DNA of 64,000 bases from Anaeromyxobacter sp. (lineage in GTDB: Bacteria > Myxococcota > Myxococcia > Myxococcales > Anaeromyxobacteraceae). Positions 45,101-53,401 of this stretch are shown here, one piece after another. The stretch lies in the NCBI GenBank assembly GCA_049840735.1, contig JASGJN010000020.1:672001-736000 (forward strand). Reading direction: 5' to 3'. The translations under genes and the position numbers were made by a program. The stretch's first letter is position 1; the number at the start of each line of letters is the position of its first letter. The notes under the pieces are model-generated. The model made no database searches and was not told the DNA's origin. It worked only from the letters and a program-made list of their open reading frames with translations.

Positions 45101-46401
45101 GCGACCGTGGGGTTGGTGGTGTCCGGGGTGGTGTTGCTGACCGTGACGCTGCGGGCGGCGGAGACGGCGGAGTTGCCGGCCGCGTCGTAGGCCTTGGCGG
45201 TCAGGCTGTAGGTGCCGTTGGCGTCGCCGGTGGTGGTCCAGGTGATGGTCCAGGGCGAGGCGGTGGCGGTGCCGAGGAGCGCGGCGCCGGCGTAGAACTC
45301 GACCTTGGTGACGCCCACGTTGTCGCTGGCGGTGGCGGTCACGGCCACGGCGCCGGTCAGCGTGGCGCCGGCCGCCGGGGCGGAGAGCGCGACCGTCGGG
45401 ACGGTGGTGTCACCGCCGGTCTTCACCACGGTGTAGGCCTTCGTGCTGTCGTTGAACGTGACGCGGTAGGTGCCCGCTCCGCCGGTGACGGCGATGTCCC
45501 CCTCGCCGGCGCCGGCGACGCCGTCCTTGCCGTTGTCGCCGAAGTTCGTGGCCCAGTTGGCGTAGACGTCGAACTTGAAGCGGTCGTCGGCGGCGCCGGA
45601 AAAGGTCACGTCGGCCTGCCAGGTGTAGGTGGCGACCTTGACCATGTCGGTCGCGCCCCAGCTGTTGCAGGTGCCGCGCAGGTACATCGACGGGTAGAAG
45701 GAGGCGTAGGAGGAGTTGCTGACGGTGGCCGTCACGGCGCTGGAGGTCGCGACGTTGCCGGCCGCGTCGTAGGCCTTGGCGGTGATGGCGTAGGAGCCGT
45801 TGGCCAGGCTGGTCGAGTCCCACGAGACGCTGTAGGGCGAGGTCGTGTCGGTGCCGATCACCGTGGTGCCGGCCAGGAAGTCCACCTTGGCGACGCCCAC
45901 GTTGTCCGAGGCGGTGGCGCTGAGCGTGACCACGCCGGTGAGCGTGGCGCCCGCGGCCGGCGCGGTCAGCGAGACGGTCGGAGCGGTCGCGTCGCCCGCC
46001 TTCACGACCGTGTAGGCCTTGGTCGAGTCATTGAAGGTGATGGTGTACGAGCCCGCGCCGCCGCTCACCACGATGTTGGCGCCGCCGGAGTCGGCGTAGC
46101 CGTCGTTGTTGTTGTCGCCCCAGTTGGTGGTCCAGTTGCCGGCCACGTCGAACTTGAAGGACTCGCTGGTGGTGCTCCCGAACGTCACGCTGGCGGCCTG
46201 CCAGGTGTTGTTGGCCACCAGCGACATGGCCGTGGTGCCCCAGCTGTTGTTCGTGCCGCGCACGTACATGGTCGTGTACGAGCTGGAGTAGGCGCTGGGC
46301 AGGATCGGCCCGCCGCCCTCATCCACCGGCTGCCCCCCTTGCTCCGTCCCACCGCAGGCGGCGAGCGCCGCCACGAACAGCACCCCGATCAACTTGCGCA
46401 T
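42163..46401 (-). CDS. Multimodular lipoprotein alpha-amylase (GH13) with starch-binding and Ig-like modules
   Basis: Lipobox LAAC; 2x MY.RGT.NSWG..FKFDV modules; 3x PTV.L.AP..ASDN.GV.KV.F Ig-like; YYTLDGTTP-type modules; catalytic DIVVNH, GFRVDTVKH, FGEV, VDSHD. Confidence 0.92.
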   Translation of the reverse strand: MRKLIGVLFVAALAACGGTEQGGQPVDEGGGPILPSAYSSSYTTMYVRGTNNSWGTTAMSLVANNTWQAASVTFGSTTSESFKFDVAGNWTTNWGDNNNDGYADSGGANIVVSGGAGSYTITFNDSTKAYTVVKAGDATAPTVSLTAPAAGATLTGVVTLSATASDNVGVAKVDFLAGTTVIGTDTTSPYSVSWDSTSLANGSYAITAKAYDAAGNVATSSAVTATVSNSSYASFYPSMYLRGTCNSWGATDMVKVATYTWQADVTFSGAADDRFKFDVYANWATNFGDNGKDGVAGAGEGDIAVTGGAGTYRVTFNDSTKAYTVVKTGGDTTVPTVALSAPAAGATLTGAVAVTATASDNVGVTKVEFYAGAALLGTATASPWTITWTTTGDANGTYSLTAKAYDAAGNSAVSAARSVTVSNTTPDTTNPTVALSAPAAGAILTGAVTVSATASDNKGVTKVEFYAGTTLIGTATASPYSLSWNTAGIANGTYALTAKAYDAAANNATSAARSVTVSNTTDTGLTVHFKRPSTWGTTLRIHYWNVVPTSITATTWPGNTMTSEGSDWYKYTIPGATSASIVFNDGAGHQTGDLSRTGEGWYFTDNKWYDQNPEAPKVPVIDADLAPGLYVAAQNVRLTSSNTDDVIYYTLDGTTPTTASTRYTAPIDVGASMTIKAFGVNRNAVAGSVYGFAYTIDPNADVVKPSIVASRAEGYVGTSGTVSFTVTDNKTATTRAYYTTDGSTPTTSSTLYVSGNASAGLTGGSFTITSTVNFKFLVVDGAGNQATASFNFYAGTAPVRTDFRAETIYFVITSRFYDGDASNNVHCWDDATAKNPDTDPCYRGDFEGLIQKLDYIKALGFSAVWITPVVKNSSGYDYHGYHAINHKEVDPRYATKSRGETAEASYKRLIDEAHARGMKIIQDIVVNHTGNFGEENLFPMFKRNAPTGLNEAISAALTKLSNPWLPANYDTLTPAAQYSARINAMKEDANDTNFIYHHEKSLSWESYTVQTGQIAGDCVDLNTENPTVQQYLVDAYNKYIDMGVDGFRVDTVKHVSRLDFNKVFIPAWKARGGDNFFVFGEVATRYRNVWNSGIPAISTPFFTWKETVSYPWGNRQTNEASVLANWNDNTNVGTQPTSNNHLLSGNTYHAPDWSRRSGLDVIDFPMHWSFTYARDAFSMALGGDQYYSDPTWNVTYVDSHDYAPDGAPENQRYAQPQDSWAEDLSLIFTFRGVPTIFYGSEIEFQKGMPIDVGPNAPLSTTGRAYFGDKITGSLTVTGFGQYSGASGNVATTLSHPLAQHIRRLNLIRRAVPALQMGQYSTEGVSSGGMAFKRRYTSGSVDSFALVTVSGDATFTGIPNGTYVDAITGASATVTGGSLTITCSGKGNARVYVLSQSGNPAPGKIGVDGTYLK

Positions 46402-46851
46402 ACTTCTCCTTCACCCCCGAAGGACCTGCACCCTCGACGAACTTCCCCGATCGGCAGCTGCAGCCGAGGCGCGAAACGCTAGAAAAGCGGGCGCTGGTTC
46501 ACAACGCGCGCAGGTCTGCGTCTGAGCGTGCAAAGCGCGCCCATGAGCGCACATGCGCGGACGGTGTGCGTGCGCCACGGACCTCGACAAGCCCAGGGAT
46601 TTCCACCTGCTTTACGGACGGTCGCTCCGCTCCGGGAAAACCCTGTACCTTCGATCCCCGAGCCGATGTAACCCTTTCGAGGGAACCCATCGTAAATGCA
46701 AAATCTCGAAGTCAGGGCGTCGGACAAATGACCGTTTCGTACGCAGGAGCGGCCTCGGTCGCGGGCAGGGCCGTGAACGCTCACCCGGGGGTCACCGGCC
46801 GCGGCCCGAGCGGTGCGCGCCGGACCAGTACTCCGGGTGTAGCGTCCGGCC

Positions 46852-48177
46852 ATGCCTCCCGCCCCGCTCCGCCCGCGCGTGCACGTGGTGCTGGTCCCCG
46901 GCTTCGCCGGCTTCGACGCCCTGGGCCAGCTCGAGTACTACGCCGGCGTCACGCCGCTGCTCCAGCCCTGGCAGGCGGCCCACCCGGACGCGCCGCCGGT
47001 GGTGCTGCACTACTTCGACAACCTGCCCACGGCGGGCGTGGCCACCCGCGCCGCGCGGCTGCTCCGGTTCCTGGCCCGCCGCCACGCGCGCGGCGAGATC
47101 CAGGACGGCGAGCGGATCGCCCTGATCGGCCACTCCACCGGCGGACTGGACATCCGCCGGCTGCTCCGGGACCTGGCCGCTGGGGCTGGCTGCCCGGTGG
47201 ACGGCGACCGCCAGGACGCGGTGCGCGTGGACGCGGCGGCGCTCCTGGCGCACCTGGAGCGCGTGGTCTTCCTGTCCGTCCCGCAGCGCGGCACGCCGCT
47301 GGCCGACCTCGTGCGCCGCCTGCCGCTCGCCTGGGCCATCGCGCAGGCGCAGCTCTGGGTCAAGGCCGGCCGGCTGCACCTGGCCAACGACCTCGAGGAG
47401 GCCGCCGCGCGCTGGCTGGGGCGCGGCGCGCGGGCCGACCTGGTGCTCGCCGCGGCCGACGCCATCTCGGAGATGGACGCCGCCGCCGTGGCCGGCGACC
47501 CCTCCCGGCGCGCCGAAGCCCACGAGGCGGCGGCGGCGCTCGACCTCTACCTGACGCTGATCGGCTCCGACCTGGCGGCCATCGAGGACCTCACCGCCGT
47601 CCCGGGCCCCGCCTCCGCCAGCCCGGCCCACGCCAGCGAGCCGGCCCGCGCGGCGGAGCGACAGGCCTGGGCCGCGCACGGGCTCCGGACCCGCTCGTAT
47701 GCCACGCGGGGGCGCCGGCCCTTCACCTTCGGCCCCGGCGAGGCGGTGCCGCCCTGGGATTTGCTGAGGCCCTCGACCTCCCCCTGGGCGCGCCTGGCCG
47801 CGGGCGCGGCCGACGAGACCGACCTGGTCTATCGCTGCGGCTACCGCGCCTGCGCTGGCGCTCCCGATGCGGCCCCGCCCATCCCCGAGCCGCTCCGGGC
47901 CACGTCGTTCGAGGACGGCGCGCAGGTGGCGCTCGAGCCATGGGACGGCGACGGGATCGTCGGCACGGCCTCCATGCTCTGGCCGGACGGGCCGGAGACC
48001 CGGCTCGTGGCCGCCGACCACGGCGACGTGATCGGCCACTTCCGGCTGGTGGAGGAGCCGGAGGGGCCGCCGCTGCGGCGCTACCACACCTACGACCTGC
48101 TGCGGTCCGGCTCCGGCTTCACCGCGGACGCGTTCCGCAGGCTCTGGGGCGAGGTGCTCGACTTCTGCGTCTCGTGA
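46852..48177 (+). CDS. Alpha/beta hydrolase (lipase/esterase-like)
   Basis: VLVPGF, nucleophile GHSTGG, DGIV, DHGDVIGHF. Confidence 0.82.
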   Translation: MPPAPLRPRVHVVLVPGFAGFDALGQLEYYAGVTPLLQPWQAAHPDAPPVVLHYFDNLPTAGVATRAARLLRFLARRHARGEIQDGERIALIGHSTGGLDIRRLLRDLAAGAGCPVDGDRQDAVRVDAAALLAHLERVVFLSVPQRGTPLADLVRRLPLAWAIAQAQLWVKAGRLHLANDLEEAAARWLGRGARADLVLAAADAISEMDAAAVAGDPSRRAEAHEAAAALDLYLTLIGSDLAAIEDLTAVPGPASASPAHASEPARAAERQAWAAHGLRTRSYATRGRRPFTFGPGEAVPPWDLLRPSTSPWARLAAGAADETDLVYRCGYRACAGAPDAAPPIPEPLRATSFEDGAQVALEPWDGDGIVGTASMLWPDGPETRLVAADHGDVIGHFRLVEEPEGPPLRRYHTYDLLRSGSGFTADAFRRLWGEVLDFCVS

Positions 48178-48211
48178 CGGGCCGCGGCGGACCACGCTAA
48201 GAACAGGTCCC

Positions 48212-50353
48212 ATGGCGCACGCCCAGAGCCCCTCCCCCGCCGCCCCCGCCGCCCCGGCCGTCGCGCCCGAGCCGCCGGATCCCTTCGGGTGGCTGGAGGA
48301 GGTCGCCGGCGAGCGCGCGCTGGACTGGGCCCGGGCGCGCAACGCGGAGAGCGAGCGGGCGCTGGGAGGTGCGGCGCGCGCCCCCCTGGAGCAGCGCCTG
48401 CGGACCATCCTGGACTCGCAGGAGCGGATCCCCGAGGTGGAGCGGCTGGGCGACAGGCTCTACAACCTCTGGCGCGACGACAGGCACCCCCGCGGCCTCT
48501 GGCGACGGACCACAATGGCCGAGTACCGGAAGCCGAGCCCGGCCTGGGAGGCCGTGCTCGACCTCGACGCGCTGGGGGCGGCGGAGCAGGAGAGCTGGGT
48601 CTGGAAGGGAGCCGACTGCCTGCGGCCGGAGTACCGGCGCTGCCTGATCTCGCTCTCGCGCGGCGGGAGCGACGCCGTGGAGGTGCGCGAGTTCGACCTA
48701 ACCGCGAAGGCGTTCGTGAAGGACGGCTTCGCGCTCCCCGAGGCCAAGACCACCTGCGCCTGGGTGGACCAGGACACGCTCTTCGTCGAGACCGACCTGG
48801 GGCCGGGCTCGCTGACCACCAGCGGCTACCCGCGGGTGGTGAAGCGCTGGCGGCGCGGCACGCCGCTGGCCGCGGCCGAGACGGTCTACGAGGCCCGCAG
48901 CGAGGACGTCTGGGCCTTCGCCTACCGCGACCACACGCCGGGCTTCGAGCGGGACCTCGTCACCCGCGGCATCACCTTCTTCTCCAGCGAGACCTTCCTC
49001 CTCCGCGGCGGGGCGCTGGTGAAGCTGGAGAAGCCGGACAGCGCCTCGGCCACCCTCTGGCGCGAGTGGCTGCTCCTGCGGCTGCGGGACGACTGGACCG
49101 TGGACGGCGCCACCTACCCCGCCGGCGCGCTGCTGGCGGCACGCCTCGACGCCTTCCTGGCCGGCGAGCGGCGGCTGGAGGTCCTCTTCCGCCCCAGCCC
49201 GCGCACCTCGCTGGCCGGGCTGGTCCCCACCCGCCACCACCTGCTGCTCGACCTGCTGGACAACGTCCGCGGCCGGCTGGAGCGGCTCACGCCGAGCCCG
49301 CAGGGCTGGGCGCGCGAGGCCGTGGGCGGGCTCCCCGAGGTGGCCAGCGTCGGCCTCCGCGCCGTGGACGAGCTCGAGTCGGACGACGCCTGGCTGACCC
49401 TGGACGGCTTCCTGGCGCCCACCACGCTCTCCCTGCTGGCCCCCGGGCGCGCCCCCGAGCCGCTCAAGCAGCTGCCGGCCTTCTTCGACGCCTCCGGCCT
49501 GGCCGTGGCGCAGCACGAGGCGGTGTCGAAGGACGGCACGCGCGTGCCCTACTTCGAGGTCGCGCCCGCCGGCCGGCCGCTGGACGGCACCACCCCCACC
49601 CTCCTCTACGGCTACGGCGGCTTCGAGGTCTCGCTCACGCCCTGGTACCCGGTGCGCGCCGGCGCGGCCTGGCTGGAGCGCGGCGGCGCCTTCGTGGTGG
49701 CCAACCTCCGCGGCGGTGGCGAGTTCGGCCCCGCCTGGCACCAGGCCGCCCTGAAGGAGAAGCGGCCCCGCGCCTACGAGGACTTCATCGCGGTGGCCGA
49801 GGACCTGGTCCGGCGCGGGCGCACCTCGCCGCGCCGGCTCGGCCTCATGGGCGGCTCCAACGGCGGGCTGCTGGTGGGCAACGCGCTGGCGCTCCGCCCG
49901 GACCTGTTCGGCGGGGTGGTCTGCGACGTGCCGCTGCTCGACATGCGGCGCTACAGCCGGCTGCTGGCCGGCGCCAGCTGGATGGGCGAGTACGGCGACC
50001 CCGACCGGCCGGACGAGTGGGCCTTCATCCAGGGCTTCTCGCCCTACCACCAGGTGCGCGAAGGCGTGCGCTACCCGCCCACCTTCTTCCTCACCTCCAC
50101 CCGCGACGACCGGGTCCACCCCGGCCACGCCCGCAAGATGGCGGCGCGGCTGCTGGCCATGGGGCAGGACGTCCTCTACTTCGAGAACATCGAGGGCGGC
50201 CACGGCGGCGCGGCCGACAATGCCCAGCTCGCCCGCCACGACGCGCTGGTCTACACGTTCCTGTGGCAGCGGCTGGCTGGGGAAGAGCTCACCCCCGCTC
50301 CAGCGTCCGGGCCTCCTCGGCCAGGCCCTGCACCACCGAGTGGAAGCTCTTGA
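48212..50353 (+). CDS. Prolyl oligopeptidase (S9A)
   Basis: DPFGWLEE, YGYGGF, NLRGGGEFG, GGSNGG, DDRVHP, GGHG. Confidence 0.95.
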   Translation: MAHAQSPSPAAPAAPAVAPEPPDPFGWLEEVAGERALDWARARNAESERALGGAARAPLEQRLRTILDSQERIPEVERLGDRLYNLWRDDRHPRGLWRRTTMAEYRKPSPAWEAVLDLDALGAAEQESWVWKGADCLRPEYRRCLISLSRGGSDAVEVREFDLTAKAFVKDGFALPEAKTTCAWVDQDTLFVETDLGPGSLTTSGYPRVVKRWRRGTPLAAAETVYEARSEDVWAFAYRDHTPGFERDLVTRGITFFSSETFLLRGGALVKLEKPDSASATLWREWLLLRLRDDWTVDGATYPAGALLAARLDAFLAGERRLEVLFRPSPRTSLAGLVPTRHHLLLDLLDNVRGRLERLTPSPQGWAREAVGGLPEVASVGLRAVDELESDDAWLTLDGFLAPTTLSLLAPGRAPEPLKQLPAFFDASGLAVAQHEAVSKDGTRVPYFEVAPAGRPLDGTTPTLLYGYGGFEVSLTPWYPVRAGAAWLERGGAFVVANLRGGGEFGPAWHQAALKEKRPRAYEDFIAVAEDLVRRGRTSPRRLGLMGGSNGGLLVGNALALRPDLFGGVVCDVPLLDMRRYSRLLAGASWMGEYGDPDRPDEWAFIQGFSPYHQVREGVRYPPTFFLTSTRDDRVHPGHARKMAARLLAMGQDVLYFENIEGGHGGAADNAQLARHDALVYTFLWQRLAGEELTPAPASGPPRPGPAPPSGSS

Positions 50354-51560
50354 ACTGCTCCATGCGGGCGGACGGGAGCCGGCGCCGGATCTCCGCCGCG
50401 ATGCGCGGGACCTTGGCGGTGCCGCCGGTGCAGCAGACCACGGTGATCTGCGCCGGCGTCACCCCGGCCGCGCGCACCGTCTCGTCAAGGCAGGCCAGGA
50501 TCCGCTCCACCTCGCGCGCGCTGGCCTCCTCGAAGCCGTCCCGCGTGACCGGCTCGGCCACCTCGATGCCCGGGTGGCTGAAGCGGACCTCGGCCGACCG
50601 GCGCGTGGAGAGGGTCCGCTTGCCCTGCTCGATGGCCTCGAAGAGCTGGAAACCCAGCCCATCCTCCACCAGCACCGTGAGCTGGTCCATGCGGCGCCGG
50701 TCCTCGCGCGAGAGCGACCAGCGGCGCACGTCGGCCAGGAAGGCGGCCACGTCCCGGCGCTGCAGGATGGTGAGGTGCGCCGGCGAGCAGAGGTTCGAGA
50801 CCACGCCGTGCGGCATCTGCAGCACGTTCTGGCCGAACGGCGTCCGGTAGCGCACCTCGGCGCCGAAGTGGCGGGCCACCTGGGCGCGCATCAGCGAGGA
50901 GTCGAGCGCGTCACCGGCCACCGCCACGCCGCCCACCGCCAGCACGTCGCTCCGCTCCACCGCCCGCGGCCCGATCCGCAGCACCGTGAAGTCCGAGGTG
51001 CCGCCGCCGAAGTCGCCCACCAGCACCAGCTCCTCGCGCTCGGCCGCGGCCCCGAAGGCGCGCGCCGCCGCGACCGGCTCGGCCAGGAAGTCCACCTGCT
51101 CGAAGCCGGCCAGCCGGGCGGCCTCGCGCAGCCGCCCCTCGGCGAAGGCGTCGTCCTCGCCGTCGAAGTGCACCGGCCGCCCCAGCAGCGCCCGCCGCAC
51201 CTCCGCGCCGAAGTGGGCGTCGGCGCGCTGGCGCATCTCGCGCAGGAAGGTGCTCACCAGCTCCTCGGAGGAGATCATCCGCCCGCGGATGACCGTGCCG
51301 CGGAAGGAGCGCGAGCCCAGGTGGCGCTTGATGGAGCGCAGCAGGCGGGCCTCGCCGTCGTGGTCCTGGAAGGTGCGCAGCGCCTCGGCCCCGACCGCCA
51401 GCCCGCCCTGGTCCGGGAAGCAGAGGATGGAGCGCAGGACGGTCGGATCCGACGCCGCCGGATCGAGCGGCACCGGGTCGAAGACCTGGTCGGCGCTGGC
51501 GGCCGCCAAGAGCGAGTTGCTGGTGCCGAAGTCGATGGCGTAGCGGGTCGGGGCGGGCAT
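50289..51560 (-). CDS. Hsp70-family protein (YegD-like, ATPase domain only)
   Basis: AIDFGTSNS, GRPVHF, EPVAAA, DFGGGTSD, TGGTAKVP. Confidence 0.9.
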   Translation of the reverse strand: MPAPTRYAIDFGTSNSLLAAASADQVFDPVPLDPAASDPTVLRSILCFPDQGGLAVGAEALRTFQDHDGEARLLRSIKRHLGSRSFRGTVIRGRMISSEELVSTFLREMRQRADAHFGAEVRRALLGRPVHFDGEDDAFAEGRLREAARLAGFEQVDFLAEPVAAARAFGAAAEREELVLVGDFGGGTSDFTVLRIGPRAVERSDVLAVGGVAVAGDALDSSLMRAQVARHFGAEVRYRTPFGQNVLQMPHGVVSNLCSPAHLTILQRRDVAAFLADVRRWSLSREDRRRMDQLTVLVEDGLGFQLFEAIEQGKRTLSTRRSAEVRFSHPGIEVAEPVTRDGFEEASAREVERILACLDETVRAAGVTPAQITVVCCTGGTAKVPRIAAEIRRRLPSARMEQFKSFHSVVQGLAEEARTLERG

Positions 51561-51783
51561 CGGGGGGCATGCCGATAACCCGATGGCGCCGCCCCCGCAA
51601 GCGGGGGCCGCCGCAGGCGAGCGCAGGAGCCCTCCGCCCCGTCCGGGGACGAACTGTCGCACCGCAGGCAGGAAACCGGACCATCCACCGGAAGTGCGTC
51701 ATCCTGACTCCCCTGCAGCCCGGTCACGCGGCGTGGAAGGACCTGCTCCACGGATCAGGCGCTGCGCACACCCGGAGGTCCAC

Positions 51784-52521
51784 GTGGCGGAGCGAAACCT
51801 CACCTCTGGCGACTGGACGAGCATCACCAGCGCGAGCGCGCTCGAGAAGGCCTACGACCTGGCCGACGCGCGCGCCGCCTGGGCCATCGACTGGTACGAC
51901 GGCCACATGCGCTGGCGCGGGCGGGCGGCGCGCTGGCTGCGCTTCGTGGCGCTGCTGCTGGTGGGCCTGGGGACCATCTTCCCCATCGGAAAGGGGTTCG
52001 TGCCGGGGCTGAAGGACGGCGCGCTCAACGACCTGGGGTACCTGGCGCTGGCGCTGGGCGGCGCGCTGCTCGCGTTCGACCACTTCTTCGGCATCACCAC
52101 CGCGTACACGCGCTTCGTCACCACCGCCCTGGCGCTGCGCGACGCGCGGCTGCGCTTCCAGGTGGACTGGCTCCGGCTGCTGGCCCAGGCGCGGTCCGGC
52201 AGCGGCTCGGCGGCGACGCGCCAGGCGGCGCTCTGGGCCCGGCTGCGCAGCTTCGTGGAGGCGGTGCTCACGCTCATCGACCGCGAGACGCAGGCCTGGG
52301 TGGTCGAGTTCCGCTCCAGCCTGAGCGAGCTGGAGAAGCTGGCCCGGCGCGAGCCGGACCGGCACGGCGAGGAGGACGACGCGCCCGGCGCCGCGCCCGC
52401 CGCCACGCCCGCGCCGGCGCGGCTCCAGCCGGGACCGGGCGAGGCCACGCCGCCGGAGGACGCGCCCGTCCACCTGGTGGCCCCGGACGGCTCCTTCCCG
52501 CACCCGGACGCGCGGCCATGA
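51784..52521 (+). CDS. SLATT (SLATT_2-like) two-TM domain protein
   Basis: GGAGG RBS; AIDWY..RR-like basic patch, TM1, LGYLALALGGALLAFDHFFG..AYTRF, helical ETQAWVVEF tail, then Pro/Ala-rich end. Confidence 0.8.
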   Translation: MAERNLTSGDWTSITSASALEKAYDLADARAAWAIDWYDGHMRWRGRAARWLRFVALLLVGLGTIFPIGKGFVPGLKDGALNDLGYLALALGGALLAFDHFFGITTAYTRFVTTALALRDARLRFQVDWLRLLAQARSGSGSAATRQAALWARLRSFVEAVLTLIDRETQAWVVEFRSSLSELEKLARREPDRHGEEDDAPGAAPAATPAPARLQPGPGEATPPEDAPVHLVAPDGSFPHPDARP

Positions 52522-53381
52522 GCGCGCAGTGGGCGGTCTCCTGGCACCACGTCCGGCTGGGCATCCCGGGCCTGTGGCGGCAGGAGCTGGTGGGGCGCGA
52601 CACCGGGGTGGCGCTGCTCGACACCGGCCTGGCCGCGCCGCCCGGGCTCGACCGGAAGAGCTTCGAGTACCTGGACTCGGCGGGCGGGCTCATCGGGCCG
52701 GGCGATCCGGAGGGGCACGGCACCAGCTGCGCCAGCGTGATCGCCGGCTACCGCGGCGGCGCGCTGGGCATCGCTCCGTACACGCGCATCCACAGCCTGC
52801 GGGTGCTGGGCCCCGGCACCTCCACGCGCGACGTCGAGGCCGCCTTCGGGTGGGCGCTGGAGCAGCCGGAGATCGACGTGGTCTCCTGCAGCTTCAGCAT
52901 GCCGGTGCTGAGCCAGCGCGCCGCCGAGCTGGTCCGGGCGTTGAGCGCCGCCGGCAAGGTGGTGGTGGCCGCCGCCGGCGACGCGCAGGTGGCCAACCCC
53001 TTCCCCGAGGGCGCCCCCAAGACCATCACCGTGGCGGCGGTGGACCGGGACGGCAAGCCCCTCCCCGGCGCGCGCACCGGCGCCTTCATCGACGTCTCCG
53101 CCCCGGGGCTGGACCTGCCGGTGGTCACGCCCGGCGGCGCCCTCGGCCGCTTCAGCGAGTCGTCCGCCGCGGCGGCGGTGGTGAGCGGCGTGGCCGCGCT
53201 GATCCTCTCCAGCCGCCCGCGCGGCCCGGAGCGGCAGGCGCTGGCGCTCAGCCTGGAGAGCCTGATCAAGCGGACCGCCTGGGCGCTGGGGGGCGGACCG
53301 CAGCCGGCGGTGACGCCTGGCGCCGCGCCGGGGATCATCCGCCCGGCGGCGCTGCTGGCCGCCGCGAAGGAGCTGGTCTGA
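52518..53381 (+). CDS. S8 subtilisin-like serine peptidase, no signal peptide
   Basis: VALLDTG (Asp), GHGTSCAS (His), ESSAAAAVVSGVAAL (Ser region), DVSAPG. ATGA overlap with SLATT. Confidence 0.85.
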   Translation: MSAQWAVSWHHVRLGIPGLWRQELVGRDTGVALLDTGLAAPPGLDRKSFEYLDSAGGLIGPGDPEGHGTSCASVIAGYRGGALGIAPYTRIHSLRVLGPGTSTRDVEAAFGWALEQPEIDVVSCSFSMPVLSQRAAELVRALSAAGKVVVAAAGDAQVANPFPEGAPKTITVAAVDRDGKPLPGARTGAFIDVSAPGLDLPVVTPGGALGRFSESSAAAAVVSGVAALILSSRPRGPERQALALSLESLIKRTAWALGGGPQPAVTPGAAPGIIRPAALLAAAKELV

Positions 53382-53401
53382 TGCACACGGGAGGAGTCGT
53401 C

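Noticed and set aside
44845..46270. DNA repeats as mobile element or DGR template/variable pair
   Set aside because: In-frame protein module duplications in the amylase; no reverse transcriptase in the window.
42124..46482. 1452-aa plus-strand ORF and other long overlapping ORFs (e.g. 52748..56053, 56717..59377, 12495..14828, 60073..62175)
   Set aside because: Antisense or off-frame shadows of real genes, expected at this GC content; no recognisable motifs.
50289..50353. 65-bp convergent overlap of prolyl oligopeptidase and Hsp70-like genes as a regulatory feature
   Set aside because: The overlap encodes a low-complexity tail beyond the conserved fold; common stop drift in GC-rich genomes.
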